Origin: Bacteroidales bacterium
GTDB taxonomy: Bacteria; Bacteroidota; Bacteroidia; Bacteroidales; JAHJDW01
Direction: 5' to 3'
Length of the DNA stretch: 57,153 nucleotides
Assembly (NCBI GenBank): GCA_029004185.1
Contig: JAQUPB010000003.1
Coordinates: 1-57,153, forward strand
Under the pieces are notes generated by a model. It made no database searches. It was not told where the DNA came from and was given only the letters and a program-made list of their open reading frames with translations. Positions within the stretch are counted from its first letter, which is position 1. Every line of letters starts with the position of its first letter. This document shows, piece after piece, positions 28,882 through 37,426 of this stretch. The translations under genes were made by a program, and so were the position numbers.

Positions 28882-30300
28882 TTACATATAAAAACTATAT
28901 CTTATTTGTGGCATTTCATTATCAGGAATATATTTAAGAATTTCTCCTACTTTTCTAGCACAATCCAATGTTACTGGATATTTTCTGTCAAATTGTGTGT
29001 TATTCCAATTCATTTTAGTTAATGTCAATATTTCCTCGCAAATTGTTAATGGAGATTCATTATTTTCAAACAATCTTATTTCAATTGGTTGTGGAATATA
29101 CATACCCGTATAGGTTTTATAATATTCTACAGAACCACGAGTATACAACAGGAATCTATTTTTTTCTAACTCCAAACATGTTCCTCTGTATGGAGGATAT
29201 AATCCATCACGAAAAAGCCGAATTTGACTATCTTGAATTGTTAAGAAATCATAAGTTGAAATACCTAACTCTTCAATTACTTTGGTAAAACCTTCAATTT
29301 CCTTTTCATTAAAGTTTGACGATTTATGCAATACCAATCGTGCCGGTAAGTTTTCAACTGCAATTTTATATTCTTTTAGTGCATTTAAAAGTAACTCATA
29401 AGCTTGTTCACTTTCTAAATGTGGGGTTCTGTCAAATTTATCTACAACGACCGGAGAGCCTCTAAGTATAATGCCATTACCTAATTCATTAAATATTTGT
29501 GCCAAACTTGTTTGCATTGTTTGTTTGTCCCTACTTCTATAAAACCCAATACCGACATAACAAACAGAAGGTTTATTTTCATTTTTTAACATTCGCCAGG
29601 GAATACCTTTGGCTTTATAATAAATTGCTGTACATAAATTCCACGCTCTTGTTGCGTCATCTTGAACACCTTTGTTATTTTTCAAACTATGTTCTTTTAT
29701 AATTTGAATAGGAATAGATAAGTGCATTGACTTTGCTTTCAAAGCCCGTCTGAAATCGTGTTCCAAGCTTTCCGTGTCAATATCTTCATCTAATTTATCT
29801 TCTTCTTGTTTTAAACTTTTTTTTGAAATTTTATTTTCAAACGATTTCGGCAATAAACATATAATAACATCAGGATTTTTATTTTGCGATAAGAAACGCA
29901 CTGCTTCATAATACATATCAACAGCTTGGTCAATTCTATCGTCTCTGCTATTTGTTGACAATATCGTATTTAATTCCTTTTTATTAATAGTTTTATTTAA
30001 ACTATCATCTGTTATTAATTTTGAACAAAACCCATTATGTTCGTTAAATCCAGCAAAAGAAACGAATAAGTTTGGTTGTTTTGAATTTTCTTTGGCAATA
30101 ATTGGTGCTTTGCAAATCTCAATCCACTCATTAAAAAGTTCAATATTTTCAGATATTCCAACAACACCAAGCTTAATTTCTTTTGGTTTGGTAATCATTT
30201 CATGGTCAAAAACATTATATTCTTTCATACCTGCACGAGGGCAAATATGATTACCTTTTCCAAATACCATTTGAGGTTCTTCTATAAAATTAAACTTCAT
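28882..30300 (-). CDS. short prokaryotic Argonaute (MID+PIWI only, catalytically inactive)
   Basis: FIEEPQMVFGKG N-terminus. MID pocket string HDFRRALKAKSMHLSIPIQII. AIYYKAKGIPWRM. CYVGIGFY and LVLHKSS occupy positions where active Agos carry catalytic Asp residues. The C-terminus ILTLTKMNWNN...PVTLDCARKVGEIL resembles the Maribacter SPARTA Ago as I remember it. Confidence 0.9.
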   Translation of the reverse strand: MKFNFIEEPQMVFGKGNHICPRAGMKEYNVFDHEMITKPKEIKLGVVGISENIELFNEWIEICKAPIIAKENSKQPNLFVSFAGFNEHNGFCSKLITDDSLNKTINKKELNTILSTNSRDDRIDQAVDMYYEAVRFLSQNKNPDVIICLLPKSFENKISKKSLKQEEDKLDEDIDTESLEHDFRRALKAKSMHLSIPIQIIKEHSLKNNKGVQDDATRAWNLCTAIYYKAKGIPWRMLKNENKPSVCYVGIGFYRSRDKQTMQTSLAQIFNELGNGIILRGSPVVVDKFDRTPHLESEQAYELLLNALKEYKIAVENLPARLVLHKSSNFNEKEIEGFTKVIEELGISTYDFLTIQDSQIRLFRDGLYPPYRGTCLELEKNRFLLYTRGSVEYYKTYTGMYIPQPIEIRLFENNESPLTICEEILTLTKMNWNNTQFDRKYPVTLDCARKVGEILKYIPDNEMPQIRYSFYM

Positions 30301-30301
30301 T

Positions 30302-31681
30302 TTAAAATTTTAGAGTTACTTGAATTTTGTCAGACAATACATTATTAACATCTTCTTTTTCATTCATAGACCAGCTATCATCATTAAGAATTGGGAACGA
30401 ATCGAAATTAACTATATCTCCAAAATCAATAAATTTATATTTATTACTAAATAGGTTATCTTCGTCCTTGTATTGCAAAAAGTGGCTAATAAATTTAACA
30501 TGATTAAACACATGCTGATTTCTTTCATTCCTTTTTAGATACGTTATTTTGTCTTTCTCATTATACAAAGGTTTTTTACCATCAAATGTAAATGCCCAGT
30601 CAGGAACAATACTAATATACCATTTATTCTCAATATCAATAAAAGCAATTTTAAAAGCAAAATGCTTGCAAGTGTAATATGTTTTCTCTTTCCACTCTCT
30701 TGAAGTTTGTTCAAAAACTGTTCGGGTTGCATCCTTTTTGCTGTGCCATTTTGCAACTCTTTTGCTTAAATTTTCATCTGGAGGCATGAACCTAAAATGA
30801 TTATAATTCTTTACCCATTCGACGCCCATTTTATACAATTTTTGTATTAAACAAAATTTAAGTAAAGTTTTGAAAACATTCTTATAATCATCATCAATAG
30901 AATAAAATTCGGATGTTGAAAATTCTTCAATTGTACCTGTATCTACAATATTATGTAATGGAATAGAGCTATTACTTATGTCATGAAAACTAACTATTTT
31001 ATTATTAAAACAAACCCAATCAGAAGAAAATTTTAAATTTTGTTGTTTTAATGCTTCATAAATAACTTCTCTATTAGTAGATTTTTTAAACAACTTTCTC
31101 TCGGAATTAATTGAGTTTTTTATAATTTCTTTCCTGTCTATATTTAAAGCCCCAATGAATATTTTTTGAGCAAAATCAATATTAATTAATGAAGAATATA
31201 ATTTTTCTGTATTTTGTTTTCGCTTTATTTTTTCTTCTTCAAATAATGTTAAAAGTGATTTTTGAATTTCATCTTTCAATTGAAAAGCACTATTAACTTC
31301 TTTCCAAAATTTTCCATCATAGATATTTCCAACTTTATTTGCAAAATCGTTTTGTTTTTGTTCTGTTTTTATTTTTTTTAAATTAAAAACAAGAATTGGT
31401 TTGCCTTCTCTGTCTGCAATAAACCACTCCTTTTCTGTTATTGAAACACCATCATCTAGTTCATACCCATATTTGCCACCCAATAATAAAATATAAACAT
31501 CAGCCTTGATAACTTCATTCAAGCAAACATCAATTGAATTTCTATTTTGGGCAATAAATGTGTTTTCACACATTGAGGGTTTGCAATTAATTTGTTCAAT
31601 GGCAAGCCGAGCAGCTTCTCTTTCATTCGATAAGTCAGAAACTGTTGAACTAACAAATATTATAGGCTTTACATTAAACAT
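30302..31681 (-). CDS. DUF4062 (TIR/deoxyribosyltransferase-like) - APAZ fusion protein, partner of the short pAgo
   Basis: N-terminal strings IIFVSSTVSDLSNEREAA, ADVYILLLGGKYG, SITEKEW and GKPILVF match the DUF4062 consensus. The C-terminal HFAFKIAFIDIENKWYISIVPDWAFTFDG resembles the APAZ core of TIR-APAZ proteins. The stop is 1 nt from the pAgo ATG. Confidence 0.8.
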   Translation of the reverse strand: MFNVKPIIFVSSTVSDLSNEREAARLAIEQINCKPSMCENTFIAQNRNSIDVCLNEVIKADVYILLLGGKYGYELDDGVSITEKEWFIADREGKPILVFNLKKIKTEQKQNDFANKVGNIYDGKFWKEVNSAFQLKDEIQKSLLTLFEEEKIKRKQNTEKLYSSLINIDFAQKIFIGALNIDRKEIIKNSINSERKLFKKSTNREVIYEALKQQNLKFSSDWVCFNNKIVSFHDISNSSIPLHNIVDTGTIEEFSTSEFYSIDDDYKNVFKTLLKFCLIQKLYKMGVEWVKNYNHFRFMPPDENLSKRVAKWHSKKDATRTVFEQTSREWKEKTYYTCKHFAFKIAFIDIENKWYISIVPDWAFTFDGKKPLYNEKDKITYLKRNERNQHVFNHVKFISHFLQYKDEDNLFSNKYKFIDFGDIVNFDSFPILNDDSWSMNEKEDVNNVLSDKIQVTLKF

Positions 31682-31916
31682 TTATTTTTTAAATATTATT
31701 TTTAATAAATTATTTTTTATTCTTTCATTAAGCTCTGCTTCATCTGCAATTTGTTTTTCTAAATCAGTTTTAAAATTTGCAAAACGCTTTGTAAAAATTA
31801 AAATCATCTTCATCATCGAGTAGACCAATATCTTTCTTTGCCATATTTACTGCTCTTTGTTTAATAAGTACAAATATACAAAATCGTCAGGAAAAAGGAA
31901 AGTAAAATGTTGATTA

Positions 31917-32336
31917 TTATTTGAATATGTTCTTTCGACTTATTCCCCACATTTCCGTTTGATTTGTTCCGGTGAATATGTATCCAGAACTATATGGACT
32001 TTTTGCCCTTACAATAATTGTATCGTTTATTTGTGATACCTCTTTCTGTACACCTTTCCTATCAAGCCGTAAACTTTCAATATTTTTTTCATATGGCTGT
32101 AACCACCTGCTTATGGTTTCCTCATCAAAACCGAGTAATTGAGCAATCGCCTTATAGGTAAGTCCTTCGAGCCATAATTGCAATGCTTTCGTTACAAAAT
32201 AGGAACTGTTCTTTTTAATTTTAGTTTTATCGGAAAATCGGTAGTTGCAGGCTTTATTCTTGCATTTATATAGTTGCCGGTCATTCCGGATTCCGTGCTT
32301 TATGATATTTTCAGAATTACAATTAGGACATTTCAT
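31917..32336 (-). CDS. InsA-like zinc-ribbon + HTH DNA-binding protein (IS1-type orfA-like, or a regulator)
   Basis: CPNCNS...YKCKNKACNYRF zinc ribbon followed by the HTH string LTYKAIAQLLGFDEETISRWL. No transposase catalytic ORF follows. Confidence 0.6.
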   Translation of the reverse strand: MKCPNCNSENIIKHGIRNDRQLYKCKNKACNYRFSDKTKIKKNSSYFVTKALQLWLEGLTYKAIAQLLGFDEETISRWLQPYEKNIESLRLDRKGVQKEVSQINDTIIVRAKSPYSSGYIFTGTNQTEMWGISRKNIFK

Positions 32337-32361
32337 ATAGTTATAAGTATATAAGTGAATA

Positions 32362-32520
32362 TATAACTATATATCTACGACACATGATAGGGATGGAACA
32401 CCCGTTAAAGCATATATCTAGGCCGCAAGGAAAGATATTTTCCTTGCACGAAAACTATTTCGGGAATATTAAAACACCGGAGAAATATAAAAGAAGAGAG
32501 AAAGAATATACAGGAAAATT
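32362..32520 (+). repeat. island repeat, copy A (long form, shared with copy C). Core at 32442-32488.
   Basis: CTATATATCTA...AACACCC..TTAAAGCATATATCT...9-bp hairpin GCAAGGAAA/TTTCCTTGC (32425-32447)...ACTATTTCGGGAATATTAAAACACCGGAGAAATAT. Confidence 0.7.
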
Positions 32521-32591
32521 ATTGTTTTGAAAGAGTTGTGCAACTGCCACAGATGTTGGCTGTCGTTTTTTCTTTTTTTTCCAATTTTATG

Positions 32592-34307
32592 TTATCCTTT
32601 ACCATTCTGATTAAATTCTGTCATTCCCGTTGTCCTTGCAGCAGCTGTAACTTCACCCCAGCCTGTAAAATAATTCTCAAAATATTTTATCGGAAATTGA
32701 CTGTTTTGTGTAACTTCTTCTTTTGTTGGTATGTGTCCTATCTGTTTGGAAATATTTTTAATTTCAAGTTGCAATGCTTTTTTGCTCACTTCATACTTCT
32801 GTTTTTTCAGTCGTGCAACCCGGCTGTTTTTCGCTTTTGGTTTGTCATCATTGATTTTACGAAAAGGGTCAAGTCCAGAACTTAACTCATTATGTCTCTG
32901 TGATGTGATGTTGTGATAATATTCCGAAAGTTCAATGCCTACAAACCTTCTATTTAATTGCTGTGCCGTCAAAGTTGTCGTGCCTGCTCCATTGAAAGGG
33001 TCTAGCACAAATTCGTTTTCGTTTGTGAATAGAGAAATCAATCTATACATAAACATTGGTGGCAACTGACAAGGGTGGTCAACTCTACGACTGTTGTGTT
33101 TTAAGCGGTGAATGTCCGACCAAACATTTGATGCCATTTCGCTATCTTTTATTTTTAGTCGCTTGCGTTTTGTAATGCAGTTTGCTCTGATACAAAAATT
33201 TTCCGATTGCATCTCAATCGCATTCTTTTCAAAAGACGTGTTTTTACTCCTTACAAGTGCCGGCAATGGTTTTGGTTTTCCTTTGCTAAAACATAAAATG
33301 GAATAATGTGAAGGCATAATCATACGCACTGGCATACTCAATCCTTCCCAAACAATCCAATCCTGATAATCAAGGATTCTGTTTAGATGCTTGAAATGTC
33401 TAACGCACCATTGTGGAATATTTAAAACCGCAAGCGTTCGCCCTGGTCTTAACACCCTTGCAAGTTCGCTTAACCATTGGTCGCACCATTCAAAATATTT
33501 TTGAATATCAATTCCATCATCCCAACTTTCATATTTTTTATTCAAGTTATATGGTGGATCTGCAAAACAAAAATCAATACTGTTATCAGGAATTTTTTTG
33601 AGTTGCCCAATGCAATCTCCATTTAGTAACTTCGATTTTTCAGAATAAATATTTTCTGTTTGCGGGTATTCTCCAAATGAATGTTTTTTATCTATCGGTT
33701 TGAAATATTTTCTCTGGTCATAAACATTTACAAACTTATATTGTGGCAAACCAAATAAATCGCAGAGGCGATTTACAACCCCACTTGGATAGCGTTCAAA
33801 GTCAACTGATATATCACGCCAAACATCTGACATTAAAGTTCCAAATTCGTGGTACAAATGTTTTTTTCCTCCATAATCTTTTGTTGTCTTGTCGCAACAA
33901 GGGCAGTATGTATAACCTATTCTTGTTTTGGTGTGATTTAAACTTTCTTTGTAACGAGTTATAATCAGCAATGCAGAATGACTGTCACTTAAATAATCCT
34001 CACGTTCAATTGGATTTGTAAGTTTAACAGCAATCCAAAGTTTTAAGTATGAATCATTTTTTAGTTGTGTACAAAAGTCATTCGCAAAAATTGGAGAAGT
34101 TAAAATTGCTATTGTAGAACGTTTATCTGTTCTACTTATAAAATCATTAAGTTGATTGAACAGGTTTTTCTTGTTGGGAACTTCTTCAAGCGATTTGTAG
34201 TATGGTAAAATAACAAACTCAACATTTGAAGATGTGGTTTTCACTTCTGCAATGTTGCTTTTTATATTTCGGTCTTTTAGCGATATGGCATTTTCGCTTA
34301 AATGCAT
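32592..34307 (-). CDS. beta-class N6A/N4C DNA methyltransferase with an extra N-terminal half-domain and a C-terminal homing-endonuclease-associated-type repeat
   Basis: Motif IV FADPPYN precedes motif I VLDPFNGAGTT (beta order). The N-terminal ~220 aa repeats the (S/D)VW(R/S)DI region with a degenerate TSPIF. The C-terminus reads IPTKEEV...YFENYFTGWGEVTAAARTTG. Confidence 0.9.
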   Translation of the reverse strand: MHLSENAISLKDRNIKSNIAEVKTTSSNVEFVILPYYKSLEEVPNKKNLFNQLNDFISRTDKRSTIAILTSPIFANDFCTQLKNDSYLKLWIAVKLTNPIEREDYLSDSHSALLIITRYKESLNHTKTRIGYTYCPCCDKTTKDYGGKKHLYHEFGTLMSDVWRDISVDFERYPSGVVNRLCDLFGLPQYKFVNVYDQRKYFKPIDKKHSFGEYPQTENIYSEKSKLLNGDCIGQLKKIPDNSIDFCFADPPYNLNKKYESWDDGIDIQKYFEWCDQWLSELARVLRPGRTLAVLNIPQWCVRHFKHLNRILDYQDWIVWEGLSMPVRMIMPSHYSILCFSKGKPKPLPALVRSKNTSFEKNAIEMQSENFCIRANCITKRKRLKIKDSEMASNVWSDIHRLKHNSRRVDHPCQLPPMFMYRLISLFTNENEFVLDPFNGAGTTTLTAQQLNRRFVGIELSEYYHNITSQRHNELSSGLDPFRKINDDKPKAKNSRVARLKKQKYEVSKKALQLEIKNISKQIGHIPTKEEVTQNSQFPIKYFENYFTGWGEVTAAARTTGMTEFNQNGKG

Positions 34308-34316
34308 TGTTTCGTT

Positions 34317-35330
34317 TTATTTATCTAAACTTAACAAGAATTTAGAAAGTTTATCAAGTTCACTGTCTTTCAATGTTACAGTGCAATCACTGAATTGGCA
34401 AAGAGTTCGTAGCGCTGATACCCGTTCAAAATTTCCCGCTCCGTCAATGATATATGCAATACAATGTCCATGTTTGTGTAATTGCCTCTGTCTATCTTGA
34501 GCTTGCCCTGCTTTACGTTCAATGACGCTATTTGTTGTTACTTGAAAGCATACTTCAATTGCACAATATTTGCCTTCCGGTGATGCTGCAACAATATCGT
34601 ATGAAAGTAATGTTCTTTTGTTCTGACTAATTTTTTGAATTTGTTTCTTTTTAAAATCCCATTTTGGTAATTTGTCTTCTAAATAGTCAACAACATATTT
34701 TTGTGCAAGATTACCAAGAGAATTTGCTGTTGCACCACCCGTAATTCGACTTACCCAAATATATCGCTGCTTAACAAATGTTTCAAGTTCTCTTTTATGT
34801 CCTATCAAAGTTCCAATAGTGCATTTCTCTTCAATTTCTGATGGTAAATTGTCTGCTAATGCTGCACCCCCAAATAATAGAAGATTAATAATATCTTCAA
34901 TTACTGGATTAAGTTTTTGATTAGTTACAAGTCCAACTCCATCAACTTTCAAATGAGTGTTACTCCAAGTTTTCTTTCCTGATAGTGTTTGAAATTTATA
35001 AGAATGGTTTTTCTCATTCCATACAAACTCCATTGTTTCCTTTTCAAAAAGTTTAGGGAGTTCCTTTTTGAACCGCATAAGTTTTTCACCACCGATGTCA
35101 GAAAGAACCATCAAATGTTTGAGAAATAAATTAGATGAAAGTTCCTTTGTTGTTTCTAAAACCTTCTTCCATGCAAAAGGTTCAGCATTTGCAATATTGA
35201 GTAAGCTGATAAATTTGTCTTGCGTTTCAATAAGTTTTGGAATTATACTCGAATTGCGTTCTGTTTCAGCTATTTTTGGTGGCCAAAATTTAAGTGCATT
35301 AGCCTCTAAGTCGTCAAGTTTTCTTATCAT
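34317..35330 (-). CDS. putative type II restriction endonuclease (cognate of the adjacent methyltransferase)
   Basis: Lies 9 nt upstream of the MTase gene on the same strand. Possible PD-(D/E)xK-like core LSYDIVAAS...YCAIEVCFQ. Assignment rests mainly on context. Confidence 0.5.
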   Translation of the reverse strand: MIRKLDDLEANALKFWPPKIAETERNSSIIPKLIETQDKFISLLNIANAEPFAWKKVLETTKELSSNLFLKHLMVLSDIGGEKLMRFKKELPKLFEKETMEFVWNEKNHSYKFQTLSGKKTWSNTHLKVDGVGLVTNQKLNPVIEDIINLLLFGGAALADNLPSEIEEKCTIGTLIGHKRELETFVKQRYIWVSRITGGATANSLGNLAQKYVVDYLEDKLPKWDFKKKQIQKISQNKRTLLSYDIVAASPEGKYCAIEVCFQVTTNSVIERKAGQAQDRQRQLHKHGHCIAYIIDGAGNFERVSALRTLCQFSDCTVTLKDSELDKLSKFLLSLDK

Positions 35331-35484
35331 TTGTTTGCTTAAATATTTTTTGTAAAAATAGTTAAAAAAAACCGAAATAATGTTTGGTGAGTGGTAAATT
35401 TAAGCCCTTTACTTTTCACACAACGATTAGAACTTTGAATTGATGGACATTTAATACCTGCGTCTATCTCATCACGAAACCAAA

Positions 35485-35580
35485 GTTAATAAATTATTAC
35501 TCAATTATCAAATTATTTTCCTTGAACGCAAGTTATTCCGGGAATACTAAAACACCGGAGAAATATCAGGAAAGCAGAGA
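35485..35580 (+). repeat. island repeat, copy B (short form, shared with copy D). Core at 35519-35566.
   Basis: ATAAATTATTACTCAATTATCAAATTATTTTCCTTGAACGCAAGTTATTCCGGGAATACTAAAACACCGGAGAAATATCAGGAAA. Confidence 0.7.
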
Positions 35581-35585
35581 TAAAG

Positions 35586-36416
35586 CTATCCCTCCCAAAT
35601 TATACTTAAAATAGATTTTGTTCCGAAAACACAGTGTTCATTAAATTTTCTGCGTGTGTGGCTTTCAAAAACATTATCAAACCAATCAGATGCAAAAACT
35701 TCTTGGGTAGATTTTGATGTAACTTGATTATAAAAATAATCCCCGGCAACTGTATTTTCCGGTATTTTAATTTTACCATGCCTTAATGACCAATATGGAA
35801 AATCTTTGCTATAGCAATACCATGAAATTTTACCACCAACACTATAAACAACCATAATTGGATAATTTCCAATAATTGTAAATCTTATGGCTGTCGCTGT
35901 CAGGCTTACTTGATACTTTTTTGATAATTCACTAATAAGTTGAAAAGAAAATTTCCTTTTTAAGCAGTCGGTTTCAATTTTATTTTGTGGTAATAAAAGA
36001 CATGAAGCAAAATAATCTGCCTGTCTTTCTGCATAATTTTTTGAAGAAAAATCCGTAAAGCATGAATGACTTGGCGATAATCCTAACAACAAAGCATTTC
36101 TTTGTTCATCAATAAAAAAATGCCCTAATTCATGTGCAAAAGTAAATCTTGCCCTTTCAGTATATGCGTGTTCTAATCTATCAATGTTTATATAAATGTG
36201 AAAATCTTTATTAAAACACTCAATCATTCCATCAAATGAATCTTTATAGTTACCATAACTATATGAAATATTGTTTTCGCTTGCAATAACTTCAGGATTA
36301 ACGGCTCCATTATAGAAATAATAATTAGCGATACCCTCTGCTAACTCAGATAATATAAGTTTATCGGAATTTGTCAGAAAATTATTGTTTGTTTTTTGAC
36401 TGCTCTCTATCATCAT
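35586..36416 (-). CDS. ImmA/IrrE-family zinc metallopeptidase (DUF955) with a C-terminal extension
   Basis: RARFTFAHELGHFF (HExxH) and downstream ERQADYFASCLLLP. About 110 aa of extra C-terminal domain. Confidence 0.85.
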   Translation of the reverse strand: MMIESSQKTNNNFLTNSDKLILSELAEGIANYYFYNGAVNPEVIASENNISYSYGNYKDSFDGMIECFNKDFHIYINIDRLEHAYTERARFTFAHELGHFFIDEQRNALLLGLSPSHSCFTDFSSKNYAERQADYFASCLLLPQNKIETDCLKRKFSFQLISELSKKYQVSLTATAIRFTIIGNYPIMVVYSVGGKISWYCYSKDFPYWSLRHGKIKIPENTVAGDYFYNQVTSKSTQEVFASDWFDNVFESHTRRKFNEHCVFGTKSILSIIWEG

Positions 36417-36693
36417 TCATTTTTTTTCTTATTTCATCAGTAATAGCTTTTCCTTCACGTGCAGCCATTGATAAATTTTTTGTACTTTCAGTTGTGAGAT
36501 TTAAATTACTAATCTCAAGTTTTTTTATTTTACCTCTTTTGATAATGTTTATAGGGTTGTCCCAGTCTTCAGGAGTTTCTTTGTTAATGTCATTTGATTT
36601 TTCAAAAATTAAAATTTCATCTGCATTAGTAGGAAGCAATAATCCATTAGACTTAAACAATTCGCCTAAACTTATTTTCTTATCCTTTTGCAT
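36382..36693 (-). CDS. small hypothetical protein between the sigma factor and peptidase genes (candidate anti-sigma or peptidase substrate)
   Basis: 103-aa ORF overlapping the sigma-gene stop by 14 nt and the peptidase start by 35 nt, suggesting translational coupling. No motif recognised. Confidence 0.5.
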   Translation of the reverse strand: MQKDKKISLGELFKSNGLLLPTNADEILIFEKSNDINKETPEDWDNPINIIKRGKIKKLEISNLNLTTESTKNLSMAAREGKAITDEIRKKMNDDREQSKNKQ

Positions 36694-37333
36694 ATTTTAT
36701 AGATTTTAATTGTGAATATTTTGAAAAATATTCAATAATTTTTTTCTCGGATCGCACTTTAATTTGGCGTATATTTTCTTTTGTTATTCCAAAATAATTA
36801 CATAAATTATTTAGCACTTTAGAGGGTGTTTTTTTACCATCTTCTTGATATAAGTACAAAAAGCGTAAAACATCTCTATCTCTTTCGGGTAATGAATCAA
36901 GTGCATTTTTTAATATTTTAGCGTTTATGCTTTCTATATTTATATTATCTTTTTCTGCATCTATATATGTTTCAATAAAAACCGGTTCATTATTATCTGA
37001 TGTTTTTATATTAAGAATTTTAAAATCTTGAAGTAAGTCTTGAAGTTCATTTTTGGCAATTTGTAAAATCCAACCTTTAAATGCGTTGTCTGTGTTTTTT
37101 TGGGAATTATCAGGGGTTGTAAATAAAGGATTTTCATAAATAGCAAGAAAAGTATTATTTACAATTGCATTTAAAAATTGTTTATCGCGAATACCAAAGT
37201 TATTTTTTAAAACCGAATAAAGTAATTTGCTATATTCTTTGTATAAAATATTAAATGCAGATTCAGCATTTTTTATATTTTCTTCTTTATATGAAATAGA
37301 CAATAATAGTTCTTCTAATTTTTCTACTTCCAT
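36680..37333 (-). CDS. ECF-like sigma-70 family factor
   Basis: Region-2-like FNILYKEYSKLLY and FKGWILQIAKNELQD. Region-4-like LDSLPERDRDVLRFLYL...LCNYFGITKENIRQIKVRSEKKI. Confidence 0.7.
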   Translation of the reverse strand: MEVEKLEELLLSISYKEENIKNAESAFNILYKEYSKLLYSVLKNNFGIRDKQFLNAIVNNTFLAIYENPLFTTPDNSQKNTDNAFKGWILQIAKNELQDLLQDFKILNIKTSDNNEPVFIETYIDAEKDNINIESINAKILKNALDSLPERDRDVLRFLYLYQEDGKKTPSKVLNNLCNYFGITKENIRQIKVRSEKKIIEYFSKYSQLKSIKYAKG

Positions 37334-37352
37334 AATTGTAAAACTAAATTCC

Positions 37353-37383
37353 GTGACAAAGTTAAAAAAAATCTATCTGTCAC
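37353..37383. promoter_or_regulatory. inverted repeat GTGACA-N19-TGTCAC in the divergent promoter region
   Basis: Sits in the 93-nt gap between the sigma gene (start 37333) and the multiubiquitin gene (start 37427). Confidence 0.35.
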
Positions 37384-37426
37384 ACTTTTTAGTTTTATAA
37401 GTATTATTAATTTAATTTATATTATT

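Noticed and set aside
32538-33306. Plus-strand ORFs (32538-32885, 32731-32916, 33112-33306) and similar ones across 33.4-35.4 kb.
   Set aside because: They are embedded antisense in the methyltransferase and endonuclease genes, which have unambiguous motifs. None has its own recognisable motif.
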